Under the pieces are notes generated by a model, which ran no database searches, was not told the origin of the DNA, and worked only from the letters and a program-made list of their open reading frames with translations. A stretch of 64,000 nucleotides of DNA from Candidatus Omnitrophota bacterium. Its GTDB lineage: Bacteria; Omnitrophota; Gorgyraeia; Gygaellales; Profunditerraquicolaceae. Below are positions 10,318-19,332 of the stretch, one piece after another. The stretch covers positions 51,563 through 115,562 of the forward strand of contig JALOQK010000004.1 of the NCBI GenBank assembly GCA_025453395.1, given 5' to 3'. The translations under genes and the position numbers were made by a program. Within the stretch, counting starts at the first letter, position 1, and the number at the start of each line of letters is the position of its first letter.

Positions 10318-11964
10318 TCAAGATATTTCTTCCTGCCAAGGCTCTTGCGCTGTGGCAGCAGGGAAAAATCTCTGCTTATTCTGGTATATATACTCCAAAA
10401 TCTGCAGTTGGTCTTTCTCAAACCAAAGGTTACCGCAATAAATACATTTATCCACTTCTATCGGATATGAGAAAAGGAAAAACTCCCGGTGCATCTGACG
10501 CTGGCAATTGGGACATTTATACACCCAAACCGAAGAAAGATCTCTTCCCATAGGAAGCTTAAATTTATTTTTTGTCTTAATCAAAACCTCTGCCCTGTCT
10601 ATGATATTTTGCCCAAAATCCTCTACTTCCCGAATAAGAATACGGCTTATTTTTCTGCTTGGCAGTAAATACCCAAGGCAGCTGGGGCATTTAAATACGC
10701 CTAAGCCTTCATAATTTACTTTACCCAAAGCAATCTTACAACGCGGGCAGGATAGCTTGCTTTGTTCGCCTTCAGATTCTCTAAGAAAGATGCCTGCCAG
10801 GACAGGATCATAATAAGCAGGGAACACCTCTTCTTTATCCTCCCGCATAACCCAGGAATCAAAACTAAAATCTTTCTTTTCCTTAATCTGGGCTAAGGAA
10901 AACGGACCTTCCCACACACCTTCTTCCATAACCTTCCAGCGTGGATTTTGTGTATTGGTTTGATGCTCAAGCGCTATTTCTTGTGCTACTGTCGGACGAT
11001 AATTACGGCCTTGCGCCCTTAATCTTTCTTCTAAGGTATTCCCGTCCAGATGCCCCATATCCAAAAGAATAGAAATTCTTTTTTGGATCGGCGGATGAGT
11101 AGAAAATAGCCTTGCCATAAAACCATCTTTCTCGTCAATAAGGCGCAGGCGCGGGTTAACAATAAAAATTGATTCCAATGCTTCTCCCTCTATGCCAGTG
11201 CCATGCCAACTTCCGGATATAATCATAAGTGCTTCAGCTAAACTTAAAGGATTGCGCGTTAAACGCACAGACAAGGCATCAGCCCGGTATTCCCTCTGCC
11301 GCGAAACGCACATGCGCAACAAAAGGCTTAAGAAATTCATTACCATCATCACTAAATACAAAAGAAACAAAGCCGGCCAGACGCGCTGGCGGGATTTTCT
11401 TAATAAATTGTTTAGCCCTTTCAGGCTTTCGTTATAGATTTCCGCCAAAGAGCAACTAATAGTAGTAGTAAGAGAATCGTGAGAAGCAATGTGTCCTGCC
11501 TCATGCGCTACCACTGCTTCTATTTGGCTGCGGGAGAGCCGTGACAAAAGCCCTTCGGTGACCCCAATCACAGCATTACCGTTAAAATCTTCCAAGGCAA
11601 AGGCATTTAATGAGGCATCGGGAATGACCAAAGCCTGGATTTTTCTTCCGCCAATAGCAACTGATACTTCATCCACTACATTCTGCAGGACTTTATGATA
11701 ATTATCTTCGGGATCTGCGGTATCAGTGCCTAAACGCTGGGTTATCTGCCCCAAAAGGTTACTTGTAGAAAATATCCAATGCCCGGCGGCAAAAACAAAT
11801 GCTGCCAATAAAGCTATTATTGCCTGATTAAACGCAAGAAACCTATTAAGAATAATTGAAAGACCCAGATAGACGGTGAGAAAATAGATAGCGATAAGCA
11901 AAATAAAAAGATAAATTATTTCTTTGCTCTTTTTATTCTCTATATCAATAAAGGAAAAGGCCAT
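10318..11964 (-). CDS. M48-family zinc metallopeptidase (HtpX-like) fused to two C-terminal zf-TFIIB-type zinc ribbons
   Basis: N-terminal TM helices, HEAGH zinc motif, then two CPxC...CxxCxGxW(F/L) modules. Confidence 0.8.
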   Translation of the reverse strand: MAFSFIDIENKKSKEIIYLFILLIAIYFLTVYLGLSIILNRFLAFNQAIIALLAAFVFAAGHWIFSTSNLLGQITQRLGTDTADPEDNYHKVLQNVVDEVSVAIGGRKIQALVIPDASLNAFALEDFNGNAVIGVTEGLLSRLSRSQIEAVVAHEAGHIASHDSLTTTISCSLAEIYNESLKGLNNLLRKSRQRVWPALFLLYLVMMVMNFLSLLLRMCVSRQREYRADALSVRLTRNPLSLAEALMIISGSWHGTGIEGEALESIFIVNPRLRLIDEKDGFMARLFSTHPPIQKRISILLDMGHLDGNTLEERLRAQGRNYRPTVAQEIALEHQTNTQNPRWKVMEEGVWEGPFSLAQIKEKKDFSFDSWVMREDKEEVFPAYYDPVLAGIFLRESEGEQSKLSCPRCKIALGKVNYEGLGVFKCPSCLGYLLPSRKISRILIREVEDFGQNIIDRAEVLIKTKNKFKLPMGRDLSSVWVYKCPNCQRQMHREFFLFSYPIEVDKCIYCGNLWFEKDQLQILEYIYQNKQRFFPAATAQEPWQEEIS

Positions 11965-11980
11965 ATATAGGTAAAATGGT

Positions 11981-12541
11981 TTAAAACTTTACCTGCGGCG
12001 CCTGGCGTTCTTGGGGATCGCCAACCTCAAAGAAATCTTTTTTGATAAAACCCCCTAATTGAGCTACTATATTCACGGGGACAGTTTGAATAAGAGTATT
12101 AAATCTTCCCGCCTCATCATTGTAATACTGCCGGGCAAAGGTAATCCGATTCTCCGTGGAAATTAATTCCTCCTGAAGCTGTAAAACATTTTGATTAGCT
12201 TTTAGATCCGGGTATCTTTCAAATACCGCAAAGAGCGAACGAAGGGTTTGGCTTAAGAAATTCTCTGAAGCTGCTTTATCCTGCAAGCCCTTAGCATCAA
12301 TTGCCTGCATGCGCGCTTTTATTACCCGCTCTAAGGTGTCTTTTTCATGCGCCATGTAGCCTTTAACCGCCTCAACTAAATTAGGGATAAGGTCATGCCT
12401 TCTTTTAAGCTGCACGTCAATTTGGCTAACCGCATTCTCAACCCTGACCCTTAAAGCGATTAAATTATTATATATACCAAAAAACCATGCCAGCGCCACA
12501 ACAACCATGCCGCCTAAAATAATAAGCACTACTAACCCCAT
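11981..12541 (-). CDS. lemA: LemA family protein
   Basis: The single N-terminal TM helix begins at MGLVVLIIL, with a GGAGG RBS 7 nt upstream. It has the LemA conserved core. The ORF-track start at 12598 lies inside an intergenic hairpin element. Confidence 0.85.
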   Translation of the reverse strand: MGLVVLIILGGMVVVALAWFFGIYNNLIALRVRVENAVSQIDVQLKRRHDLIPNLVEAVKGYMAHEKDTLERVIKARMQAIDAKGLQDKAASENFLSQTLRSLFAVFERYPDLKANQNVLQLQEELISTENRITFARQYYNDEAGRFNTLIQTVPVNIVAQLGGFIKKDFFEVGDPQERQAPQVKF

Positions 12542-12554
12542 AGCTACCTCCTTC

Positions 12555-12597
12555 GCCCAGCAAGGGCGTACTTGGCACTCATTTATGCCAAGGCACA
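12555..12597 (-). repeat. intercistronic dual-hairpin element, divergent copy (GCCCAGCAAGGGC + GTACTTGGCA..TGCCAAGGCAC)
   Basis: Same architecture as the copies at 28759-28838 and 38041-38131. It sits between the polyferredoxin stop and the lemA RBS. Confidence 0.45.
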
Positions 12598-12619
12598 AAA
12601 CTTAAAAACATTAAAATAA

Positions 12620-13276
12620 CTAAACTTTATCTATCGCCTTTTTCGGACAGACCGACTTACAGCAAAGGCAGTTTAAACAATCCCTGTCTTTTATTTGCCC
12701 GGCAGACTTAAAAAGATAAGGTTTAATCCCGACCGGACAGGCTTTAGCGCAAAGCTTACATTCCACGCAAAGCTGAGGGTCAATCTTTAAATAATTTCTA
12801 GCGTAACTGGTAAGATGAATCATTGTTCCTACCGGGCACAAATAACAAAAGCTGCGCTGGTGGATAAACAAAGCCAAAACAACCCCTAATAAAGTGGTAG
12901 CGCTTAGCATAAAAACAAAAACGCGCGCTATCTTAGTAAGATCCGGATAAACACGATAGATATTAAAAACCAATGCGGACATTAGCAATGCCATAACCAA
13001 AACCCTAAAAACAATTTTCTTGAAAACCTGCGGAATGGGTTTCTGGGGGCTTATCTTCAAAATAAAAGCGTCCCAGAAGCTTCCTCTGGGGCAATACCAA
13101 TCGCACCATTTACGGCCATTCTTAAAACCGATAAATATCCCTAAAAGCATGCACACCGGTATAAATAAGCCTAAGACGGGATACGGCCAGCTTAAAGCAA
13201 GAATGGCCACAAATATAGCGGCTAGAAAAGTTTGTTTAAGCCTGCGGTGAGTGAGAAAAATATTATTCCCTGACAT
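12620..13276 (-). CDS. membrane-bound 4Fe-4S polyferredoxin (NapH/MauN-like)
   Basis: Several TM helices plus CVECKLCAKACP and CLNCLCCKSVCP motifs. Confidence 0.7.
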   Translation of the reverse strand: MSGNNIFLTHRRLKQTFLAAIFVAILALSWPYPVLGLFIPVCMLLGIFIGFKNGRKWCDWYCPRGSFWDAFILKISPQKPIPQVFKKIVFRVLVMALLMSALVFNIYRVYPDLTKIARVFVFMLSATTLLGVVLALFIHQRSFCYLCPVGTMIHLTSYARNYLKIDPQLCVECKLCAKACPVGIKPYLFKSAGQIKDRDCLNCLCCKSVCPKKAIDKV

Positions 13277-13283
13277 ATAAAAC

Positions 13284-14189
13284 TTAAGATCCTGCGCCGG
13301 TTAAATACCTGAAAGCGGATAATACCGCTTTCGCGCCTTCTCCGGCGGCGATGATTATCTGTTTTTCCGCAACATCGGTAACATCCCCTGCGGCAAAAAT
13401 ACCCGGGACGCTTGTCTTATTAAATCTATCCACTTTTATTTCGCCAAGGCTGTTTTTATCCACGCAATTGATAAAATCAGAATTGGGCAATAAACCTATT
13501 TCAACAAATACCCCTTCTGCCGGGATATCTCGAACAATTCCGCTATTATTGATTCTTACAGAATTCACAAATTTATCCCCCATAATTTCAATGACCTTTG
13601 AATTATTAAGCACTTCTGCGTTCTTTTCTTTCTGCAAAGCCTCTAACATTATAGCATCGCCGGTTATTTTTTCACCTGAATTTACGATATAAACCTTGCT
13701 GGCAATCCTAACTAGCTGCAAGGCGGCATCAAGCGCTGAATTTCCTGCGCCTATAACAGCAACAGGCTTGCCTTTAAAGATCGGGCCGTCGCATGTAGCG
13801 CAATAAGTTAAGCCTTTGTTCTTGAATTGTTCTTCACCGGGCACGTTAAGAGAACGAGACTTTTTACCCGACGCGATGATCAAACACCGCGCCTTATAAA
13901 CACCTTTAACCGTAGAAACGCGGATCATATTATCTACGGCTTCTACTGAAATTACATACTCTCTTTCATGAACAGGTATTTTATAAGCTCGCATATGCTC
14001 TTCAAACTTAAGAGCTAATTCGGGGCCGCTTATAAATTGATAGCCGGTATAATTCTGAATATCGCCGCTTGTGGAAGCCTGCCCTCCGATATCCAAGGTT
14101 AAGACAAGCATGTTCATTGCCTTTCTTGCGGCATAAACTGCGGCGGTAATCCCGGCGGGCCCGGCGCCAATAATAATCAAATCATACAT
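13284..14189 (-). CDS. trxB: thioredoxin-disulfide reductase
   Basis: GAGPAG FAD motif, CATC redox-active disulfide and GAGNSA NADPH motif. 301 aa. Confidence 0.9.
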   Translation of the reverse strand: MYDLIIIGAGPAGITAAVYAARKAMNMLVLTLDIGGQASTSGDIQNYTGYQFISGPELALKFEEHMRAYKIPVHEREYVISVEAVDNMIRVSTVKGVYKARCLIIASGKKSRSLNVPGEEQFKNKGLTYCATCDGPIFKGKPVAVIGAGNSALDAALQLVRIASKVYIVNSGEKITGDAIMLEALQKEKNAEVLNNSKVIEIMGDKFVNSVRINNSGIVRDIPAEGVFVEIGLLPNSDFINCVDKNSLGEIKVDRFNKTSVPGIFAAGDVTDVAEKQIIIAAGEGAKAVLSAFRYLTGAGS

Positions 14190-14192
14190 TGT

Positions 14193-14432
14193 TTATTTCA
14201 TTCCCAGGGCTTGTTTTATTTTATCTTTGTCAAAGCCAACGATAATTTCTCCTTCAATATCCACAACCGGCACTCCCATTTGAGAAGACTTGCTCATCAT
14301 TTCCTCTGCGGCTACTTGGTCCAAGGCGACATCTTTATTCTCAAAGATAAGGTTATTCTCTTTCAAGAATTCTTTAAGGCGGATGCAAAAAGAACAAGTG
14401 GAAGTGCTGTAAACTGTAATTTTCTTAGGCAT
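14193..14432 (-). CDS. glutaredoxin-like small redox protein
   Basis: Thioredoxin fold (ITVYSTSTCSFC...) with a CxxC active site. The start is taken at MPKK. Confidence 0.65.
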   Translation of the reverse strand: MPKKITVYSTSTCSFCIRLKEFLKENNLIFENKDVALDQVAAEEMMSKSSQMGVPVVDIEGEIIVGFDKDKIKQALGMK

Positions 14433-14452
14433 TTTTCTCTCCTGTGCGCGCC

Positions 14453-14917
14453 TCAAGCCTTAAGCTTAAGAGGGGCTAAATCCACAACCTGGTCAATTTT
14501 GACTAAAATAAAATAGGCTGGCGCGGGAAGGCTGGCTTCAGGATGATGCTTTAAAGGTTTATCCGCGCCAATATTTTTGATAAGCCTTGCGGCGATACGG
14601 CTGGTAATCCTAGTCTCCCAAATCTCTAAAAGATCTTTGCTGGCTTCCGCTATATGGACGATCTGGGCATAGCCTTTTAAACAAAAACCCTTGAAATTGT
14701 GCTCATCCACCATTGTTAGGCTGACGCAGGGGTTTGCCTTAAGATTAGAAAAGCTTTCGCGCTTGTATAAATCCAAAAGGTATATATCATCGTTACTGCC
14801 GATTCGAACAATTCCCTTACAGGCGCTATGCGGCCTTCCTTTTTTGTCAATGGTAGACAAAATAACAAACCCCTGCTGACTTAAGAAATCACGTACAGAT
14901 TCAGAAATTATGGGCAT
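14453..14917 (-). CDS. pyridoxamine 5'-phosphate oxidase family FMN-binding protein
   Basis: 154 aa split-barrel pattern (GFVILSTIDKKGRPHS...). Confidence 0.65.
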   Translation of the reverse strand: MPIISESVRDFLSQQGFVILSTIDKKGRPHSACKGIVRIGSNDDIYLLDLYKRESFSNLKANPCVSLTMVDEHNFKGFCLKGYAQIVHIAEASKDLLEIWETRITSRIAARLIKNIGADKPLKHHPEASLPAPAYFILVKIDQVVDLAPLKLKA

Positions 14918-15076
14918 TTATATCTTCTCAAACATGTCTTTACCCACGCCGCATTCCGGACAGACCCAATCACCGGGCAGGGACTCAAAAGAAGTTCCCG
15001 GGGCTACTCCATTATCCAGATCCCCAACAGCAGGGTCATAGATGTACCCGCAAACAGTGCACTTGTATTTGCTCAT
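14918..15076 (-). CDS. rub: rubredoxin (52 aa; absent from ORF track, below its size cut-off)
   Basis: Minus-strand translation gives [52 protein letters not shown]. It has two CxxCG knuckles and the canonical rubredoxin length. Confidence 0.85.
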   Translation of the reverse strand: MSKYKCTVCGYIYDPAVGDLDNGVAPGTSFESLPGDWVCPECGVGKDMFEKI

Positions 15077-15130
15077 ATTCACGATCCTCTCTGATACTAC
15101 TTCTTATTTTTCTTTGCTTTCTTTTTCCCC

Positions 15131-16354
15131 TTACATTTTCCGCAAGACATTTTTCACCTCCTTTGCGAATTGTATTGCAGCTTCATAACATGATTTTATT
15201 TCTTCTTGGCTGGGAGTAAACTTAACCGAAAAACTCTCTACGGGAAGATTAACCCCAAAAGATTTTAATTTATTTTCTATGCTTTCTACCGCGCCCCCTG
15301 CCCAGCCATAAGAACCAAAACAAAAACCAAGCCTTTCCCTGGGGGCAAAACCTTTTAATAATTCTAAAAATCCTGCCATGTTGGCCAACATATCGTTATC
15401 ATGCGTGGAAGAGCCTATGACAAAACCCTTGGCATCGAGCATCTCTTTGATGATCTGGGTGCGGCTAGAAGCATTTAAATCAAAAAGTTTTACCTCTATG
15501 CCAGAATCCATAAGCGCTCCGGCAATCACAGAAGCCAATTTCGCGGTATTTCCCCACATGGTCTCATAAACAATGACTACTTTTTCTTTACTGCTATTCT
15601 TGCCCCAATAAAGATAGGAATTAATGATCTTGGCTGGGTCTTTACGCCAGATAACTCCGTGGCTGGGGGCAATCATTTCAATAGGGATGCCTGATTTTAA
15701 TACCTGCTCTATCTTTCTTACTACTAAAGAACTCAAAGGCCAAAGTATATTCCCATAATACTTGGCTGCCTCATCCATCAGCGCGCAATTGTCTACAGTA
15801 TCGTCAAACCTGCCTGATGTTGCCAAATGCTGGCCAAAGGCATCATTGGGAAAAAGGATTTTTTCTTCGGGACAATAGCTAAACATGCTGTCTGGCCAAT
15901 GCAGCATGGGCGCTTCGATAAAAGACAAACTTCTCTTCCCTAATTTTAAGACCTCGCCTGTGCGCACTACCTGGAAATCTGGTTTGATAAAATAATATTT
16001 TTCTAATCCCTCTTTACATTTAAAGCTTCCATATAGTTTTGCTTTTGGGGCAAGCTTTAAAAGCTCCGGAAGCGATCCTGTATGGTCAGGCTCCAGATGA
16101 TTAACCACAATATAATCTATTTTCTCCAAGGGCACAATACCTCTTATATTATCAAATAATCCCTGGGAGAAATCTTTATGCACTGCATCAATAAGCGTTA
16201 CCTTATCATCGATAATCAGATAGGCGTTATAGGTTGTACCGCGTTCTGTGGCATAGGTATGCCCATGAAAATTACGCACATTCCAATCAATAGCCCCCAC
16301 CCAAAAGATATTTTCTTTTAATCTTATGTTTTCCATAAAAGTATCCTTATACAT
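15131..16354 (-). CDS. fprA: flavodiiron protein (FprA / rubredoxin:oxygen oxidoreductase family)
   Basis: Metallo-beta-lactamase-like diiron domain (HLEPDHTGS) followed by a flavodoxin domain. Alternative start MENIRL at 16336. Confidence 0.85.
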   Translation of the reverse strand: MYKDTFMENIRLKENIFWVGAIDWNVRNFHGHTYATERGTTYNAYLIIDDKVTLIDAVHKDFSQGLFDNIRGIVPLEKIDYIVVNHLEPDHTGSLPELLKLAPKAKLYGSFKCKEGLEKYYFIKPDFQVVRTGEVLKLGKRSLSFIEAPMLHWPDSMFSYCPEEKILFPNDAFGQHLATSGRFDDTVDNCALMDEAAKYYGNILWPLSSLVVRKIEQVLKSGIPIEMIAPSHGVIWRKDPAKIINSYLYWGKNSSKEKVVIVYETMWGNTAKLASVIAGALMDSGIEVKLFDLNASSRTQIIKEMLDAKGFVIGSSTHDNDMLANMAGFLELLKGFAPRERLGFCFGSYGWAGGAVESIENKLKSFGVNLPVESFSVKFTPSQEEIKSCYEAAIQFAKEVKNVLRKM

Positions 16355-16739
16355 TCACGTCCAAAGAACTTTCCCAAACCCCATGTATATTACAATAACT
16401 TTCCGCGATAATAGTGCCGGACTTCTCGGTTTTAAAAGAGAAATTCACTACCGGAGAGGTAAATATCGTGCTTGTATTGGGGCCTTGCGCTGATGAACCA
16501 TGAGACGCGAAGTCTATTTTTATTATTTGATAAGCAAATTTTTCATCTTTGGGTAAGAAGTAAACGTTAATCCAGGCAATGTGATGCTCGGTGGTATTGG
16601 GGTGGGCAATTTCTTTACCGACGCTTACTATAACATCAATAGAAGCGCCCTTAGCAACATTGGATTTCAATTCAATTACCGGGACATGCTTTTCTTTTTT
16701 CCAATCAGCAGACTGAATAATATCTTTCATCGTATTCAT
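16347..16739 (-). CDS. sor: superoxide reductase, 1Fe neelaredoxin type
   Basis: EKHVPVIE motif plus His/Cys iron ligands. There is no N-terminal desulforedoxin Cys cluster. Confidence 0.85.
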   Translation of the reverse strand: MNTMKDIIQSADWKKEKHVPVIELKSNVAKGASIDVIVSVGKEIAHPNTTEHHIAWINVYFLPKDEKFAYQIIKIDFASHGSSAQGPNTSTIFTSPVVNFSFKTEKSGTIIAESYCNIHGVWESSLDVNV

Positions 16740-16750
16740 ATTCCCTCCTT

Positions 16751-17461
16751 TTAATAACCAATGAATTTCTCGGTCTTAATGTTAGTTTGCGGGCAGTTTA
16801 TCCCTTGGGCTAAAACCTGCATTGCCTCTACCATCTTTGGCGGCCCAAAGATAAAAATTACCCTTTCTTGGGCATCACAGATATTAGCAGAAAGAAGCTC
16901 TTTGTTAATGCCTCCATAAAAACAGTTTTTATCTTTAGGCGCACATTCGGTTACAGTATAATAAACTTTCAAGGATTTATTGATTTCCATCCAATCATCC
17001 AGCTGTTTCTTAAAAGCTATTTCTTCTTCATTGCGGTTAGAATAAAAAACGGATATATCGCTTTGGATCTTGTTGCTTAAGACATACTCCAACATGGAAA
17101 TAACAGGTGTAATCCCTATGCCGCCGACCAAGAAACTGACCTTTTTAAATTGCTTCTCAAAAACACATGACCCCAAAGGGCCCTGAACAGACACGGAATC
17201 ATCTTTATTAAGGCCTAAAAGCTTATTTGAGAAACTGGACGCGCTTATCCTCTTGGTAACTTCGATATACCCTTTATCTGTACCGCAGGACAAAGAAAGA
17301 TATTTATTCAATTCTTTGTTACCAGGATTATGCTCATCAAAGATAAGGCGCATAAATTGACCAGGAAGAAAATCAACTCTTTCTTGCGGGAAGAAACGGA
17401 AACTGATCACAGTCGGGGTCCTTGGAATTTTTTCTATAAATTTCATCCGGAAATCTTTCAT
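16751..17461 (-). CDS. FAD/NAD(P)-binding ferredoxin-reductase-like oxidoreductase
   Basis: FNR-like two-domain pattern (RxYS-like FAD site, GGIGITP NAD motif). Candidate reductase for the rubredoxin/SOR/FprA chain. Confidence 0.65.
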   Translation of the reverse strand: MKDFRMKFIEKIPRTPTVISFRFFPQERVDFLPGQFMRLIFDEHNPGNKELNKYLSLSCGTDKGYIEVTKRISASSFSNKLLGLNKDDSVSVQGPLGSCVFEKQFKKVSFLVGGIGITPVISMLEYVLSNKIQSDISVFYSNRNEEEIAFKKQLDDWMEINKSLKVYYTVTECAPKDKNCFYGGINKELLSANICDAQERVIFIFGPPKMVEAMQVLAQGINCPQTNIKTEKFIGY

Positions 17462-17462
17462 G

Positions 17463-18605
17463 CTAAAAATTCCCCTTAAGCGTTGCGTCTTCAAGGCGAT
17501 TAATTTCTTCTTTTAATAAATCCGGCAGCGCCAAGACATCTACATCCATAAAGCCCCGCACAATAATTGACTGCGCCTGGTCTTCTGTAAACCCGCGGGC
17601 GCACAAATACTCAATCTCCTCTTTATTAATCTTGCCGATTGCCGCCTCGTGCGACATATCCACATCGCGGTAATCCGATTCCATTTCCGGGATGGCATGG
17701 ATTGTGCCTTTCTCGGATAAAATCAATCCCCGGCATTCCAAATGCGCCTTAACCTGCTGGCTTTCTGCCTTGATATGCCCGCGAGCTATTACCTTGCCGC
17801 CTGTGGATACCGCGCGAGAAACAATTTCCGCTTGGGTATTCTTAGCCTTCAAAATAACCCGGGAGCCGATATCTTGGAATGAGCCCGGGGAAGACAATAT
17901 AAGCGAATTAAAACTTGCCCGGGAGTCCCCGCCGGATAAGACTGCGGTTGGATACATAGTAATTTCCTTCACCGGCCTTAAACAGACATAATTAGAAACG
18001 AAGGTGGCACCCTCTTCTACCACAGCAATGCTCATAGGTTTTACTGAAACATCCTCTTTCCATGAGTGGATCATGGTAAAATTAAGATACGCGCCTTTCT
18101 TGACAAAGAATTCCGAGATCCCTAAATGAAAACCTTCATTGGCAGATTTTGAAGCGGAGCATCCGGTAATAAGATATACCCGAGCGCCCTCCTCTACAAT
18201 AATCAAATTGTGCACTTTTTGTTTAAAGCCCTGGGCTTTTAAAAAAAGGCACGCCTGCACCGGAAGTTGTACTTGAGCGCCTTTTCTGATCCTGATAAAA
18301 TAACCACCCTGAGTATCAAGGGGGAATTCCCGGCCCATCATCCGGAAATTCGCTCCGTAATAATCTTTTACTTCCGGATATTGGGCAAGCGCCTCTTCAA
18401 TGCTTAATACCTCGACCCCCTCTTGCAGGCTGTGAGAAAAATGCACCTGGGTATCTTCTTGGATAAAAGTCCCGGAACGGGTCTCTTGAGAGAAATCAAT
18501 CCCGGAAGAAGACATCGCCTTCTGGTCGTCAGCATTAAACTTATTCAACTCTTTGGATTTCATGGCAAATTTTGCATTTTTCATAACCTTTGGAACGTAT
18601 ATCAC
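17463..18605 (-). CDS. sufB: SufB/SufD-family Fe-S cluster assembly scaffold
   Basis: beta-helix SufBD fold motifs. It lies directly downstream of sufC, with overlapping ends. Confidence 0.8.
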   Translation of the reverse strand: MIYVPKVMKNAKFAMKSKELNKFNADDQKAMSSSGIDFSQETRSGTFIQEDTQVHFSHSLQEGVEVLSIEEALAQYPEVKDYYGANFRMMGREFPLDTQGGYFIRIRKGAQVQLPVQACLFLKAQGFKQKVHNLIIVEEGARVYLITGCSASKSANEGFHLGISEFFVKKGAYLNFTMIHSWKEDVSVKPMSIAVVEEGATFVSNYVCLRPVKEITMYPTAVLSGGDSRASFNSLILSSPGSFQDIGSRVILKAKNTQAEIVSRAVSTGGKVIARGHIKAESQQVKAHLECRGLILSEKGTIHAIPEMESDYRDVDMSHEAAIGKINKEEIEYLCARGFTEDQAQSIIVRGFMDVDVLALPDLLKEEINRLEDATLKGNF

Positions 18606-19266
18606 TAAACATCTTTTTAGGATCCCCCACGCACCAAAGTTTTCCGTTAATCATCATACAGCCTTTTTTCGCATTAATGTAGTCAAGAATATACCCGGTA
18701 TGGGTGATAATAAGCGCGGATTTACCTTCGCGCGACAAGAATTCTTTTAAAGCATCCCCCATAACCGAAATATTTTCTAAATCAACTCCGGATTCCGGCT
18801 CGTCCAATAAAATCATCTGCGGGTCCTGCAAAAGAAGCTGGAATAATTCCGAACGCTTCATTTCTCCTCCGGAGAAATCCAGATTAATATCGCGTTTGAG
18901 GTGGCTAGTAAGCGATAATCTTTCTGCGCATGAAGAGATCTGCTCTTTATCCCGGCTTAAGAAACCCGCCATCTGCTCGAGTTTTACCCCCCTTATCTTA
19001 GGAGGGTTTTGATACATAATCCCCAGCCCAAGCTTGACCCTTTGCTCAATAGTAAGCGAATTGATATCCTTGCCATTGATTAATATCTGTCCGCGGGTTA
19101 CGCGATAACCGCTAAAACCCATGATTGCTTTTACTAAAGTGGATTTTCCGCTGCCGTTGGGGCCGAATAAAATAGCCACTTCACCGGGCTTGATTTCTAA
19201 TTCTATCCCCTTTAATATCTGCTTATCCTGAGTTTCTACCGAAAGGTCTTTAATATCTAGAAACAT
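18541..19266 (-). CDS. sufC: Fe-S cluster assembly ATPase SufC
   Basis: Walker A GPNGSGKST, ABC signature LSGGE and Walker B ILLDEP. Confidence 0.85.
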   Translation of the reverse strand: MFLDIKDLSVETQDKQILKGIELEIKPGEVAILFGPNGSGKSTLVKAIMGFSGYRVTRGQILINGKDINSLTIEQRVKLGLGIMYQNPPKIRGVKLEQMAGFLSRDKEQISSCAERLSLTSHLKRDINLDFSGGEMKRSELFQLLLQDPQMILLDEPESGVDLENISVMGDALKEFLSREGKSALIITHTGYILDYINAKKGCMMINGKLWCVGDPKKMFSDIRSKGYEKCKICHEIQRVE

Positions 19267-19332
19267 CTTCTTTTTTCCCTGCTTGCGATAATGATATTAT
19301 TATATACCAAAATCCTTAACCCCATGCAAACT

